DNA of 64,000 nt from Candidatus Poribacteria bacterium (GTDB lineage Bacteria; Poribacteria; WGA-4E; WGA-3G). The notes beneath the pieces are model-generated. The model was not told the origin of the DNA. It worked only from the letters and a program-made list of their open reading frames with translations, and searched no databases. Positions 1 through 10,584 of the stretch are shown here, piece after piece. Position numbers and translations under genes: made by a program. Location of the stretch: the NCBI GenBank assembly GCA_965214095.1, contig OZ243938.1, forward strand, positions 4,768,001 through 4,832,000, written 5' to 3'. Positions within the stretch are counted from its first letter, which is position 1, and the number at the start of each line of letters is the position of its first letter.

Positions 1-1
1 T

Positions 2-358
2 AAAAAAGCAAACGAGCGCGGCGCGTTACAAAACCTAATGGATATTCCTGATATTGAGCTTGATGTTTATACACACAACACAAGAATGATTGTTACAGAA
101 GAAGGTAAAACGCTAACACCCAGTTTGAATAATTTTGCATCTGACAGAACGTTTCCTCTGGATCAGCTTGAAGGTGAATGGTTTGCTGAAAAGATTTTAG
201 CGACTGATACCGGCGGCTTGAATGCAACCTTTGCTGACCCCATTATTGTTCGAGATGGGGATCGTGGCAGAATAGCAGTTGTGTTTCATACACAGTATAA
301 AGATAATCCAAAAGGTGAAGTTGCAGCCGAGATAATCCAATATCTATTGTCTGAATAA
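2..358 (+). CDS. hypothetical protein, 3' part (frame open from the window edge)
   Basis: Frame of ORF 38..358 is open back to position 2; no family recognised. Confidence 0.6.
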   Translation, partial: KKANERGALQNLMDIPDIELDVYTHNTRMIVTEEGKTLTPSLNNFASDRTFPLDQLEGEWFAEKILATDTGGLNATFADPIIVRDGDRGRIAVVFHTQYKDNPKGEVAAEIIQYLLSE

Positions 359-372
359 GACAGATCTGCAAA

Positions 373-1341
373 TTATTGTGTTATATCAATGACGGCACCC
401 AAACCTTTTTCTTCTGCCTCTGACAGAACAACTGATGCAGCGACGGCATCCTGCACTGCAACGCCTACAGACTTGAAGAAAGTGATTTCGTCATCAGATT
501 GTCGTCCAAGTTTGTTGCCATTGATAATTTCCCCTATTTCCGCATCAATTTGAGCATTTGGAATAATAAGGTCACCCGCTTCCTCTAAACAATCCTCTCG
601 TGAATCCACTGCAATAAGGTCTGCACGGCGTATAGTGGTAGTATCAACTTCGCGCTTCTCTGGTATGAAAGTGCCGACTGCAGTGATATGTGTCCCCTGT
701 TGAAGGTCATTCCCATCAAAAAGTGGTGTCGCAGAAGTTGTGGCACATAAGACAATATCGGCACCTACAACGACCTGTTTTGAGTGAGAAACGATGTTTA
801 CTTCTGGTGCATCTGTCCACTCCGATATCTCAGCTGCAAGCCGTTCTGCAGAAGTCTGTGTACGACTCATGAGATTAACTCGCTTTATTGTCCTTACCGC
901 CATGACGGCTTGCAGCTGCACTCTTGCTTGAACACCCGCTCCGAAAAGACCAACTGTTGATGCATTCGGACGTGCCAGCAAATCAGCTGCAATACCCCCT
1001 CCTGCACCTGTTCGAATTGCTGTGAGACTTGCACCATCCATGATTGCTTTTGGTTCACCTGTTGTTGGATCAAGAACTAACACTGTTGCTGTGATTCGAG
1101 GTAGATTCTGCTTTGGGTTTTCATCATATACTGATACGACTTTAATGCCAAATTCATTTCCTTCAGGAAGGTATGCAGGCATTATTAGTGTCACACCATT
1201 GTCTGTGGATATATGTTGGCGGGAGGGCATGGTTACTTTATCCGCTGAAAGTTGACTGTATGCATGACGCATAGCATCAATTGCCTTCGGCATAGGCAGT
1301 GCAGCTGTTACATCTGAAGCAGTAAGGATTCTTATTGCCAT
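373..1341 (-). CDS. ornithine cyclodeaminase/mu-crystallin family, probable delta1-pyrroline-2-carboxylate reductase
   Basis: Motifs LTAIRTGA, GAGVQA, FKSVGVAVQD; directly downstream of the hydroxyproline dehydratase; start taken at MAIRIL. Confidence 0.85.
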   Translation of the reverse strand: MAIRILTASDVTAALPMPKAIDAMRHAYSQLSADKVTMPSRQHISTDNGVTLIMPAYLPEGNEFGIKVVSVYDENPKQNLPRITATVLVLDPTTGEPKAIMDGASLTAIRTGAGGGIAADLLARPNASTVGLFGAGVQARVQLQAVMAVRTIKRVNLMSRTQTSAERLAAEISEWTDAPEVNIVSHSKQVVVGADIVLCATTSATPLFDGNDLQQGTHITAVGTFIPEKREVDTTTIRRADLIAVDSREDCLEEAGDLIIPNAQIDAEIGEIINGNKLGRQSDDEITFFKSVGVAVQDAVAASVVLSEAEEKGLGAVIDITQ

Positions 1342-1345
1342 AGCA

Positions 1346-2449
1346 TTATTCCACATTCACAACCACATCACCTAACACTTCCATCCGCGGTTTTATACCT
1401 AAACCCGGTTCGGTTGAGGCAGCCATTCTTCCGTTTTTTCTTTGTGGTGCTCCATCCGCGGTGCTGACAGAGACATAACTATTGAAATCTGTTGCTGTGA
1501 ATAAAAACTCAGTAGGTGTACTATGCGCGAGATGAGCAATTGCTGCTGTTGTAATATCTCCTCCCCAACTATCTTCAATCGTCATGGCGATGCCGAGTTC
1601 AACACACAGGTCTCTTGCTAATTTTGCCTTAGTAAGACCACCGAATTTGCTAATCTTAATGTTGACGACATCCATTGCTCTATCTGCATGTCCACGTAAC
1701 AAAGTATGGATGCTGTCAATTGTTTCGTCAAGCACAAACGGATGATCTGTGCGTTCGCGTATTGCCAAACATTCTTCATAAGACAAACACGGTTGTTCAA
1801 TATATACATCCACACCACTCACACCTCGGACGACTCTGGCAGCTTGATGCATTAACCATCCAGTGTTTGCATCTGCAATCAGAACATCACCGGGCTGCAG
1901 GAGTTGAGAGACGGCGTGGATACGTTCTATATCGGTGTTTGGATCACCACCCACTTTCAACTGGAATTTGCGATAACCTTCTGCACGGTAGGTTGCTACT
2001 TTCTTCGCCATCTCATCAGGAGATTGCTGTGAAATTGCACGATAGAGCATGAAATCATCACCATATCTACCACCAAGAAGTGTGCAGACCGGTTGTTCTG
2101 AGACCTTGCCCAAAATATCCCAACACGCGATGTCAATCCCAGACTTCACATAAGGATGTCCCTTGATAGCAATATCCATACGTTGATTCAACGGTAGCAG
2201 TTGCGTTGGATCTTCACCGATGAGATGCGGTGCAAGTTCAGCAATACCAGTACGTGTGCCTTCTGCATAAGCAGGTAAGTAGAATGGTCCCAAAGGACAG
2301 ACCTCTCCATAACCTGTTATACCTTCATCCGTTTCAACAGCGACGATTGTGCTATCAAACACGGATACAGATTTTCCTCCTGACCAGTTGTAACTGCCTT
2401 CGTGTAGCGGAAGATCAACTTGATAAGCTTTGATAGATTGTATTTTCAA
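1346..2449 (-). CDS. enolase superfamily (MLE subgroup), probable cis-3-hydroxy-L-proline dehydratase
   Basis: [17 protein letters not shown]-terminus, [21 protein letters not shown]; paired with an OCD-family reductase. Confidence 0.8.
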   Translation of the reverse strand: MKIQSIKAYQVDLPLHEGSYNWSGGKSVSVFDSTIVAVETDEGITGYGEVCPLGPFYLPAYAEGTRTGIAELAPHLIGEDPTQLLPLNQRMDIAIKGHPYVKSGIDIACWDILGKVSEQPVCTLLGGRYGDDFMLYRAISQQSPDEMAKKVATYRAEGYRKFQLKVGGDPNTDIERIHAVSQLLQPGDVLIADANTGWLMHQAARVVRGVSGVDVYIEQPCLSYEECLAIRERTDHPFVLDETIDSIHTLLRGHADRAMDVVNIKISKFGGLTKAKLARDLCVELGIAMTIEDSWGGDITTAAIAHLAHSTPTEFLFTATDFNSYVSVSTADGAPQRKNGRMAASTEPGLGIKPRMEVLGDVVVNVE

Positions 2450-2510
2450 TATTACTCCAAACGATTTAGATGATGTTTAAATCCTGATAATACAGGTTTA
2501 GTCTGACAAA

Positions 2511-2533
2511 ATCGGGGTTAGAAACCCTCCTAC
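2511..2533 (-). repeat. GTAG-type REP-like palindrome
   Basis: Reverse complement GTAGGAGGGTTTCTAACCCCGAT; related copies at 15743-15766 and 19134-19157. Confidence 0.6.
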
Positions 2534-2958
2534 AATGCGGATGGCAGACACCAAATCAAGAAATTAAGAAATCAATGGTATGAATGCCATTGAGGCATTC
2601 TCCGGGTTTTTAGTAGCAGGATAGCCGTTCTCTATTCACCTATCAGTCCTCTGGGAATTTCTACATTATTCTTACAGGTTTGTTGACTAATATAATAGGT
2701 TATTTTGGCGAAGGTATTGTTATAAGATGATACCTTTTCAATACCACGCTCACTCAGGGTTATATATCATCAAATTTATCTAATAGCGTTGTGAATTCAT
2801 TGGTAAGTGTCCTGAAGTGTTGGTGCCTCTGTCATCGTTGGCCTGGTAGTGGAACGTATGATTCAAGGACAATCGGAATAACACACCCTAAAAAAGATAT
2901 GAAATACGTTTGGTACTGATCTGAAGTCTTAGGGTTATTATTGTGATTGTTATTCCTT

Positions 2959-3772
2959 TCAGGGATTGTGCACACAACGAAAACCGCCAAAAGCACTTGC
3001 ATAATTTGGGATTCCAGCATCACGGTTATCCACCCGTAAAAAAATGATGTTATCTGACCAACTACCGCCTCGGAAGACGCGAGAAGTCTTTCTATTCTTG
3101 AAATTATCTATCACATCTGTTATAGAATCCTTGTTGAAGGGATTCTGGTTCTTAGATTTCACATAAAACTCATTATCATATTCATCTAAACACCATTCCC
3201 ACACATTGCCAGCCATATCGTATAATCCGTATCCGTTGGGATCATACTGTCCAACAAGTTCGGTATCATTGACATACCTTGCATGGTTAGCCTGCTCAGG
3301 ATCCGTATCATCACCCCATGGATATGCCATACCGACCAGACCACCACGAGCCGCTTTTTCCCATTCCGCTTCTGTCGGTAATCGTTTTCTTGCCCATTGT
3401 GCGTAAGCCATAGCGGCATACCAGCTGACATAAATAACTGGATGATTACCTTTTCCCGTGGGGTAGTTGTTCTTATCCCATAACCTTAGATATGTGCTAT
3501 CATGGAACCGATCAGCAATGTTTTCTTTTTGCCATTCTGGATTAGCATCAATGAACTCTTTGAATTGTTCGTTCGTTACTTCGTAGATGTCCATGTAAAA
3601 ATCATCAACGTAAACGACATGTCTCGGACTTTCATCTGTGGGACCATCGTTACGGCCCATTTCAAACTCACCTGCAGGTATAAACACCATACCTTCAGGT
3701 ACAACAATTGCGTGCGAAATACAGCTTAGAAGCACACACAAAAAAAAGTTGAAATATTCTTCCTTTAATCAT
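2959..3772 (-). CDS. formylglycine-generating enzyme (FGE-sulfatase/SUMF1) domain protein; 5' end frameshifted at an A8 run
   Basis: MVFIPAGEFEMG, YEVTN, RLPTEAEWEKAARGG, NGYGLYDMAGNVWEW, RGGSW, GFRC; ATG at 3772 joins the 2959..3741 frame only if the run at 3740-3747 were 7 nt. Confidence 0.85.
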
Positions 3773-4193
3773 AACTCTTTAAAATAAGCACGCAAAGGAG
3801 TAAAAATGAATTTCATTTATCACCTCCATAATATTCTTTATGTATGAGTTTTACCTCAAATTAGTTTGTGTGTATGAAACAATCAACTTCTTTCCGTGCT
3901 AAAATCCTTCCTGATTTTGAAACGGCACTTATACTGTAGAAAACGCCGTTTATCCTGTAAAACCTTTTTTTGTAATTCTTTCTATGAGATACTGCCATTT
4001 CAATATCCCTTCAATGTCTTCCTTGTTGGTCTGATGGCGATTCTCGTATTAGAGATCAATTATTCTACATTCCTCATCACTTGATTCTATTCATGTCATC
4101 TCCTTGCTTATTGTAACGTGAGTTTGATAATTAAATCTAATATCCGTTATAGGTTAGGTTGAGGAACGAAACCTATAGGTCTCAATTTAAATA

Positions 4194-4919
4194 TCAACCA
4201 CTTGGAACTTGCTCAATAATTCGGTCAGCCAACTTGGAAAATGGTAAACTCTGTAGATATACGGTGCCAGTACCTTGTAATGTAGCAAGGAACAGTCCTT
4301 CACCACCGAAGAACATAGACTTCAGTCCCTTAACCCTTTCAATACTATAATTGATACCTGGGGTAAAAGCGACAAGACATCCAGTATCAAGTCGAATAGC
4401 CTCGTTATTCAGTTCCTTTTTTATAACTGTACCGCCAGCATGTACAAAAGCCATTCCATCACCGCGTAGTAGTTGGAGGATAAAACCTTCTCCTCCGAAG
4501 AAACCTGCTCCCAATTTTTGTGTAAAGGCAATAGTAAGCTCAGTTCCATGTGCAGCACAAAGAAATGCATCCTTCTGACAAGTCAGTTCTCCACCGACTT
4601 CACTCAGATCTATAGGTATAATATGTCCAGGATATGGTGCTGCAAATGCAACACGTCTTTTGTTATTGCCTGTGTTGGTGAAGTGAGTCATAAACAGTGA
4701 TTCCCCAGTGAGAGCACGTTTTCCGGCACTGAAGAGTTTTCCGACCAATCCGTCACCACCACTGGTGCCATCACCCATCTTGGCTTCAAACTCAATATCA
4801 TCATCCATCCAGTTCATTGCACCGGCTTCCGCGACGATTGTTTCACCTAAATCCAGTTCTACTTCAACGACTTGCATATCGTTTCCAAAAATTTCGTAAT
4901 CTATTTCATGGCTACGCAT
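4194..4919 (-). CDS. TIGR00266/AIM24 family protein
   Basis: [33 protein letters not shown]; GGAGG RBS before ATG 4919. Confidence 0.9.
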   Translation of the reverse strand: MRSHEIDYEIFGNDMQVVEVELDLGETIVAEAGAMNWMDDDIEFEAKMGDGTSGGDGLVGKLFSAGKRALTGESLFMTHFTNTGNNKRRVAFAAPYPGHIIPIDLSEVGGELTCQKDAFLCAAHGTELTIAFTQKLGAGFFGGEGFILQLLRGDGMAFVHAGGTVIKKELNNEAIRLDTGCLVAFTPGINYSIERVKGLKSMFFGGEGLFLATLQGTGTVYLQSLPFSKLADRIIEQVPSG

Positions 4920-5219
4920 TTGTTCCTCCAACAGATATTGGGAAAAATTAGTATATGTTAGTTCAATTTGGTTTGATTGTTGGGACAGATAACTACGAAA
5001 TGTCCTTAATAATTTAAATTAATAATAACATAATTCCATCTTGATACTCAAGGTATATTTAGTTTATAGGACAACACGGTCTTGTATAGAATACCGTCAA
5101 CTTTTCTTCAACCTTTTACCAAAAAACACGTTAAATAAAGATACCATATTAGTTTACAACACTTTCATATACACATCAGGAGTACCAATTATATAAATTA
5201 CTTCTATGAGGTTTGATTT

Positions 5220-7718
5220 ATGCACGGACCATCATCGGGTTCAAGACGCGGTAGATCGCATCGGATGGGAATGGGATCATTTGGTAGTAAACCACGCAAT
5301 AGAAAAAAAGGTGATAATGAATTAACGACCAAGGAAGAAATCCCGGAAATCCTTGAAAAACGTGCCCAAGAACTGCTTGATAATGGAGAAGAAATAAAGG
5401 TTGCCGTTTCAACCGATTTACAGTTTGATGGCACTTATGGTAAAGATTGGCTATTAGCAACAGATAAAAGACTTATTGCGTTCAATCAGAACGGTGCACT
5501 TGGTCACGACATACAAGAAGTGTCTCTCACTGCAGTAGAAGATATTGAAATCCTTGAAATGTACGGCAATAACATTCTCAAGGTTACCACTTCCGAAAGT
5601 GCTGTTGAGTTGGCGCGATATTCTAAGCGGTTAACTCCAAAATTCAACATGACAGTCGCTGAATTAGAGACCTTGTCTTCATCAAAAGGTTCCGTTCTTT
5701 CAGAAAAGCGTGGCCGTAGAAGACCTGGACTAGGTGGACGTGGTGGTCCTCCCGGTTTTCGAAGCGGCGGAGATAGATCACGATGTGAGAAATGTGGTGA
5801 ACCCATCCCAAGTTGGTCAGGTGTCTGTATCAACTGTGTCCAAAAAAGCAAACTCATTTTCCGTCTATTCAAATATGCCCTTCCATTCCTATATGTCATT
5901 ATTCCTGCCTTCCTAATGATGTTAGTGATCCGATTTATTGATGTGTATCCTGGTAAACTTAGCAGAGAATTGGTGGATAATATCCTGGTACCTGCTGGCA
6001 ATGTTTTTGCAGTTGCAAATGCCGATGGACAAGCAATTCCTGAGCAGCTACCAGAGACATCTTGGGGACACCTTGAGGGTCTCAGTAATACATTAAGCAG
6101 TTGGTTTGGGAGCATGCCGCTTGCCGGTAGTTTCGGGCATTTCCTAACCATTATCCTTATTATGGTTGGTCTTAGTGTCTTTAATATGGGTTTATCCTCA
6201 GTACGCGGCTATATGATGGCTTGGGTAGGTCAGAACATTACAAGGCGGCTGCAAAATCAGACTTATGAACATCTGAATACGCTTTCTATTGATTTTTTCC
6301 ATGATCGTGACACTGGCAATCTGATGTCCAGAATTACGCACGATGTGTCAAGGCTTAGAGATTTCATTGCAAACGGACTTCAAGATATTATCGGTGATTC
6401 ACTCACACTGATATTTATGTGTGCTTTAATGTTCGCTGCAAGTTGGAAGCTTGCGTTATGGGTTCTAATTCCGATTCCTTGTCTCATCTTTTTTACAATT
6501 TTATTTGGTAAACAGATGAGTAAAGTATATCAGGTTTTGTGGAAACGTTATGCGAATATCAGTACAATTCTGGCAAGTGTAATTCCCGGTGTTCGTGTTG
6601 TCAAAGCCTTTGCAAGAGAACGATATGAGATAAATAGATTCAGTGAACTGACATATCAAGTGTTTTCTGGTGAATTGAACGCAGCAAAACTAGGGTCACT
6701 TTACCGACCCATCATGCAGTTTATAACCTACTCAGCTTCAATAATCATCTGGTTAGTGGGTGGATGGCAGATACTTCAAGGAGAATTGACACTTGGTATA
6801 CTATTTGAGTTTCAATATTATATGGTGCGTTTCTTTGGTCCTGTAAGGACTCTCTGTGAAATGAATGAAAGATTTATCCGAGCGGGTACTTCCGCAGAAC
6901 GCGTCTTTGAGATATTAGACACGCCTCCTACCGTCTCAGATAGAGATGATGCACAAACAATTGACAACATTAAAGGTGACATTGAATTTAGAGAGGTATT
7001 CTTCACTTACGATAACGAGAAGAATGCTATAAATGGTGTGAGTTTCCAAGTTGAGGCAGGTGAGATGATCGGCTTGGTCGGACACAGTGGTGCAGGAAAA
7101 AGCACTCTCGTCAATCTCATTACGCGGTTCTATGACCCAATGCAAGGGTCAATCGTTATTGATGGACATGATAGCAAAGACATACGCGTTAAATCATTGC
7201 GTCAACAGATTGGTGTTGTCCTGCAAGACCCTTTCCTCTTTGATGGAACAATCGCAGAAAATATCGGTTATTCAAAACCAGGTGCATCTCGGATAGAGAT
7301 CATTGCATCAGCGAAAGCTGCAAATGCACATGATTTTATAGTCAAATTTCCTGATGGATATGATACTATGGTCGGTGAAAGAGGCGCACGCGTTTCTGGT
7401 GGTGAAAGACAAAGAATTTCCATCGCTCGTGCCATTTTGAAGAATCCACGTATCTTGATCCTTGACGAAGCCACATCTTCTATTGACACTGAAACAGAAT
7501 CTAAAATCCAAGAAGCGTTGGAACGACTTGTCAGAGGGAGAACAGTGTTTGCAATTGCACATAGACTCTCAACGCTAAAATATGCAGATCGTCTCGTCGT
7601 TTTGAAAGATGGTGAAGTGGATGAGATTGGCACACATGAGCAATTGATTGCACAAGACGGCACTTATGCTAATCTGTGTCAGAAACAGACTGAATTATCA
7701 AGAATCCGTGCATGGTAA
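5220..7718 (+). CDS. ABC exporter (fused TMD + ATPase) with N-terminal PH-like and zinc-ribbon extension
   Basis: Walker A GHSGAGKST, signature VSGGERQR, Walker B ILILDE, multiple TM helices, CxxC..CxxC. Confidence 0.9.
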   Translation: MHGPSSGSRRGRSHRMGMGSFGSKPRNRKKGDNELTTKEEIPEILEKRAQELLDNGEEIKVAVSTDLQFDGTYGKDWLLATDKRLIAFNQNGALGHDIQEVSLTAVEDIEILEMYGNNILKVTTSESAVELARYSKRLTPKFNMTVAELETLSSSKGSVLSEKRGRRRPGLGGRGGPPGFRSGGDRSRCEKCGEPIPSWSGVCINCVQKSKLIFRLFKYALPFLYVIIPAFLMMLVIRFIDVYPGKLSRELVDNILVPAGNVFAVANADGQAIPEQLPETSWGHLEGLSNTLSSWFGSMPLAGSFGHFLTIILIMVGLSVFNMGLSSVRGYMMAWVGQNITRRLQNQTYEHLNTLSIDFFHDRDTGNLMSRITHDVSRLRDFIANGLQDIIGDSLTLIFMCALMFAASWKLALWVLIPIPCLIFFTILFGKQMSKVYQVLWKRYANISTILASVIPGVRVVKAFARERYEINRFSELTYQVFSGELNAAKLGSLYRPIMQFITYSASIIIWLVGGWQILQGELTLGILFEFQYYMVRFFGPVRTLCEMNERFIRAGTSAERVFEILDTPPTVSDRDDAQTIDNIKGDIEFREVFFTYDNEKNAINGVSFQVEAGEMIGLVGHSGAGKSTLVNLITRFYDPMQGSIVIDGHDSKDIRVKSLRQQIGVVLQDPFLFDGTIAENIGYSKPGASRIEIIASAKAANAHDFIVKFPDGYDTMVGERGARVSGGERQRISIARAILKNPRILILDEATSSIDTETESKIQEALERLVRGRTVFAIAHRLSTLKYADRLVVLKDGEVDEIGTHEQLIAQDGTYANLCQKQTELSRIRAW

Positions 7719-7749
7719 CAGTAATCAGTGGGTTGTAGGAGAAAACTTG

Positions 7750-8259
7750 ATGCATGAAGCAATTAAAGTTACAGACGAATTAGAATTCCTTGATGTCAAT
7801 AGCATGAGTATCAGTCGCAATGCATTTGCAGAACTTGTTGTGGACTTTTCCGATGGAACAACATATACAAGAATTGAACCTGCACGTAGTTTTCCTATTA
7901 GTGATACGATGCGTTATATCACTCTATTTGATAGTGATGGTAATGAAATTGGGGTAGTTGAAGATGTGAATAAACTTTCATCCAATTCTCGTGATGTTCT
8001 CATAGAAGAACTGCAAAAAAGATATTTTATGCCGAAGATTACTAAGATTAACTCACTTTATGGACAATTCGGTGTCACGACGTGGCAGGTTGAAACATCA
8101 CAAGGAGATGTAGAATTCGGTGTCCGCACACGATACGATATAGTTACCCTTGAAAATGGTCGTGTTTTAATTAAAGATGCTGATGGTAACCGATACGAAA
8201 TTGAGGACTATAAAAAATTAGACACAAAAAGCTACAATCTCTTACAGACTCAATTGTAA
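7750..8259 (+). CDS. DUF1854 domain protein
   Basis: RSFPIS, RYFMPKITKI, WQVETSQG, IKDADGNRY; usual partner of this ABC type; AGGAG RBS before ATG 7750. Confidence 0.8.
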   Translation: MHEAIKVTDELEFLDVNSMSISRNAFAELVVDFSDGTTYTRIEPARSFPISDTMRYITLFDSDGNEIGVVEDVNKLSSNSRDVLIEELQKRYFMPKITKINSLYGQFGVTTWQVETSQGDVEFGVRTRYDIVTLENGRVLIKDADGNRYEIEDYKKLDTKSYNLLQTQL

Positions 8260-8275
8260 TTGATATGGAATTTAT

Positions 8276-8441
8276 TATAGTGAAATGTAAAAATACATGC
8301 ACACTCCCCGGAAGATGCGGTTTCCTAACCAATGCAGAATGCCATACGCGCATTCTGTCTAACTATGAGACTGAACAAACACCGGTTCGATTAGGAAACC
8401 GAACCTACCGTAGTGTGTAAATAATTATGGTTTTTACTATA
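8276..8441. mobile_element. MITE/REPIN-like element family A, copy 1
   Basis: TATAG...CTATA ends, imperfect ~30 bp terminal inverted repeats, internal REP palindromes; near-identical inverted copy at 10378-10533. Confidence 0.8.
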
Positions 8442-8453
8442 AGGAGAGTAAAT

Positions 8454-9578
8454 TTGGATAACGTCAAAATAGAACGTATTGAATGGGGACGGTTGACAGG
8501 AGAACGTCCGCGTAAAGCAGGATGCAATTCACGTCTTGGTGAACACGGTTTACACGTACGACCTGCATTCGCAAGACTCACTACCACTGAAGGTGTCTGT
8601 GGTATAGGCACTTCATCAATATCTCGTGAAAAAGCTGAATCTATCATTGGTTTCAACCTATCAGATGTTTTTGATAGTGAAAACGGTGTAAATGAAGATT
8701 ATCAATTCATGGAATATCCGATATGGGATTTAGTTGGACAGTTGGAACAAAAACCTGTCTACTCAATGTTATCAGGTAAAAATGGAGACTTCAAAGCACC
8801 TTGTTATGATACTTCTCTTTACATTGATGACTTGCACATTGATGATAATGCTGAAGCTGCTGCCCTCATTGCCTCTGAAGCACTTGAAGGTAAGGCACGC
8901 GGACATAATGCATATAAAATCAAGGTTGGTCGTGGCGCGATGCACATGTCACTTGAAAAGGGAACACAACGTGATATTGATGTTATCAAAGCCGTGCGTG
9001 AAGCTGTGGGGTCCGATGCCACTATCCTTATTGACGCAAACAACGGATACAATCTCAACATTACAAAACAGGTTTTAGGTGGTGCAGCTGAAGCAAATGT
9101 CTATTGGATGGAAGAAGCATTTCATGAAGATGCACGTGTTTATGGCATATTAAAGGAATGGTTAGACACTGAAGGTATAAAAACTAAAATCGCTGATGGT
9201 GAAGGCGGTGCTTCTCCAAACCTGATTAATTGGGCAAAAAATGGACTTATAGACATTGTGCAATACGACATATTCCATCCCGGTTTCACAAGATGGCTTG
9301 AATTGGGACCTGAATTAGATGCAGTCAACGTTGGCACAGCACCGCATCACTATGGAGGATATTACGGAAACTTTGTAACAGGTCATTTGGCTGCGAAGAT
9401 TGAGAAATTTGAGTTTGTTGAATGGGATCATGCTGATACACCTGGTATAGACGATTCCAATTATTCTATTTCAAACGGCTATGTAAATATACCAAATCTT
9501 CCCGGCTTTGGATTGAGTATTGAAGAAGATGCATATCAAAAAGTCGTTAAAGAAAACGGGTTTATTGTTACTTCATAA
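8454..9578 (+). CDS. mandelate racemase/muconate lactonizing enzyme family protein
   Basis: KIKVGRG, DANNGY, WMEEAF, DGE; AAGGAG RBS before TTG 8454. Confidence 0.85.
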   Translation: MDNVKIERIEWGRLTGERPRKAGCNSRLGEHGLHVRPAFARLTTTEGVCGIGTSSISREKAESIIGFNLSDVFDSENGVNEDYQFMEYPIWDLVGQLEQKPVYSMLSGKNGDFKAPCYDTSLYIDDLHIDDNAEAAALIASEALEGKARGHNAYKIKVGRGAMHMSLEKGTQRDIDVIKAVREAVGSDATILIDANNGYNLNITKQVLGGAAEANVYWMEEAFHEDARVYGILKEWLDTEGIKTKIADGEGGASPNLINWAKNGLIDIVQYDIFHPGFTRWLELGPELDAVNVGTAPHHYGGYYGNFVTGHLAAKIEKFEFVEWDHADTPGIDDSNYSISNGYVNIPNLPGFGLSIEEDAYQKVVKENGFIVTS

Positions 9579-9598
9579 TAATTGAGGAATACAAATCT

Positions 9599-10336
9599 AT
9601 GGCTTATCTAACAGACGCAGACAAAGAGTTCTTCAAAGAGAACGGATATCTGGTTGTACGGGGTGCACTTGATCAGAATGAAATTGATGCTGCACTGGAT
9701 AGAGTATGGGAATCTTTAGACGAAGATAGAAATGATCCTGAATCCTGGATTCAGAAAGGATATCGTACTGCTCCTATTGGTGGCGAAGATGTTATCAAGG
9801 GAACAATCTACGGAAATAAAGTATTTGATATGGCTGAGGAAATGGTTGGTAAAGATAAACTTCATACAGGTGGAGGGGCAGGTCCACACATCAATTTTCC
9901 TGATCCTGACAGAGAATTTCGCGAACCACTCGGTCATCTTGATGGGTACCATACACCGTCAAACGGTGTTCCCAAAGGTGTCGTTGGCGCATTTACGCTC
10001 GGTGCATCTGTATATTTGGATACTGTGGAAAAACACGGCGGCGGGTTTACGATATGGCCTGGAAGTCATCGTATCTGGGCAGAATACTTCAGGCATCACG
10101 ACTTGGATAGCCTACCTGGCGGCGTTGCTCCGTTTGATTTGGGAGCCAGCTATGAATTCACAGGTGAAGGCGGGGATGTATGTTTCTGGCATCATCAGAT
10201 GAGTCATACAGCAGGACCAAATTGTGGACGTAATGTCAGAATCGCTCTTATCGGCAGATACCGTAGGAAAGACCTTGATGAGATTAAGTTTGACACCCCT
10301 GAAGATATGTGGAGGTATTGGGATGGTTTAGCATAG
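9599..10336 (+). CDS. phytanoyl-CoA dioxygenase (PhyH) family Fe(II)/2-oxoglutarate oxygenase
   Basis: FFKENGYLV, HLD, WPGSH, GDVCFWHHQMSH, distal Arg. Confidence 0.85.
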   Translation: MAYLTDADKEFFKENGYLVVRGALDQNEIDAALDRVWESLDEDRNDPESWIQKGYRTAPIGGEDVIKGTIYGNKVFDMAEEMVGKDKLHTGGGAGPHINFPDPDREFREPLGHLDGYHTPSNGVPKGVVGAFTLGASVYLDTVEKHGGGFTIWPGSHRIWAEYFRHHDLDSLPGGVAPFDLGASYEFTGEGGDVCFWHHQMSHTAGPNCGRNVRIALIGRYRRKDLDEIKFDTPEDMWRYWDGLA

Positions 10337-10377
10337 AATCATTTGGATAACCATGTGAAGTGCCATCGATTTTTTAG

Positions 10378-10533
10378 ACCATAATTATTTACACACTACG
10401 GTAGGTTCGGTTTCCTAACCGAACCGGTGTTTGTTCAGTCTCATAGTTAGGCAGAATGCGCGTATGGCATTCTGCATTGGTTAGGAAACCGCATCTACCG
10501 GAGAGTGTGCACGTATTTTTGCATTTCACTATA
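10378..10533. mobile_element. MITE/REPIN-like element family A, copy 2 (inverted relative to copy 1)
   Basis: Reverse complement aligns almost base for base with 8276-8431. Confidence 0.85.
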
Positions 10534-10584
10534 AATAAATTAATTACAATAATTGACATAATTCAATAGAAAGTTAGGAGTTTC

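Noticed and set aside
2540-2950. Intergenic region as an ncRNA/riboswitch or small gene
   Set aside because: No recognisable RNA family motif; only short broken frames, possibly a decayed gene
3769-3771. TGA between ATG 3816 and the FGE ORF as Sec
   Set aside because: Lies in a non-conserved leader; a 1-nt homopolymer shift from ATG 3772 explains the N-terminus better
3850-4100. RBS + ATG AAT AGA ATC AAG TGA TGA on the minus strand as a recoded gene
   Set aside because: A TAG follows two codons later and no continuous frame exists
4114-4135. TAACGTGAGTT(T)GATAATTAAA, also at 31876-31896
   Set aside because: Only two short copies seen; probably a remnant of another repeat end, too little evidence for an operator call
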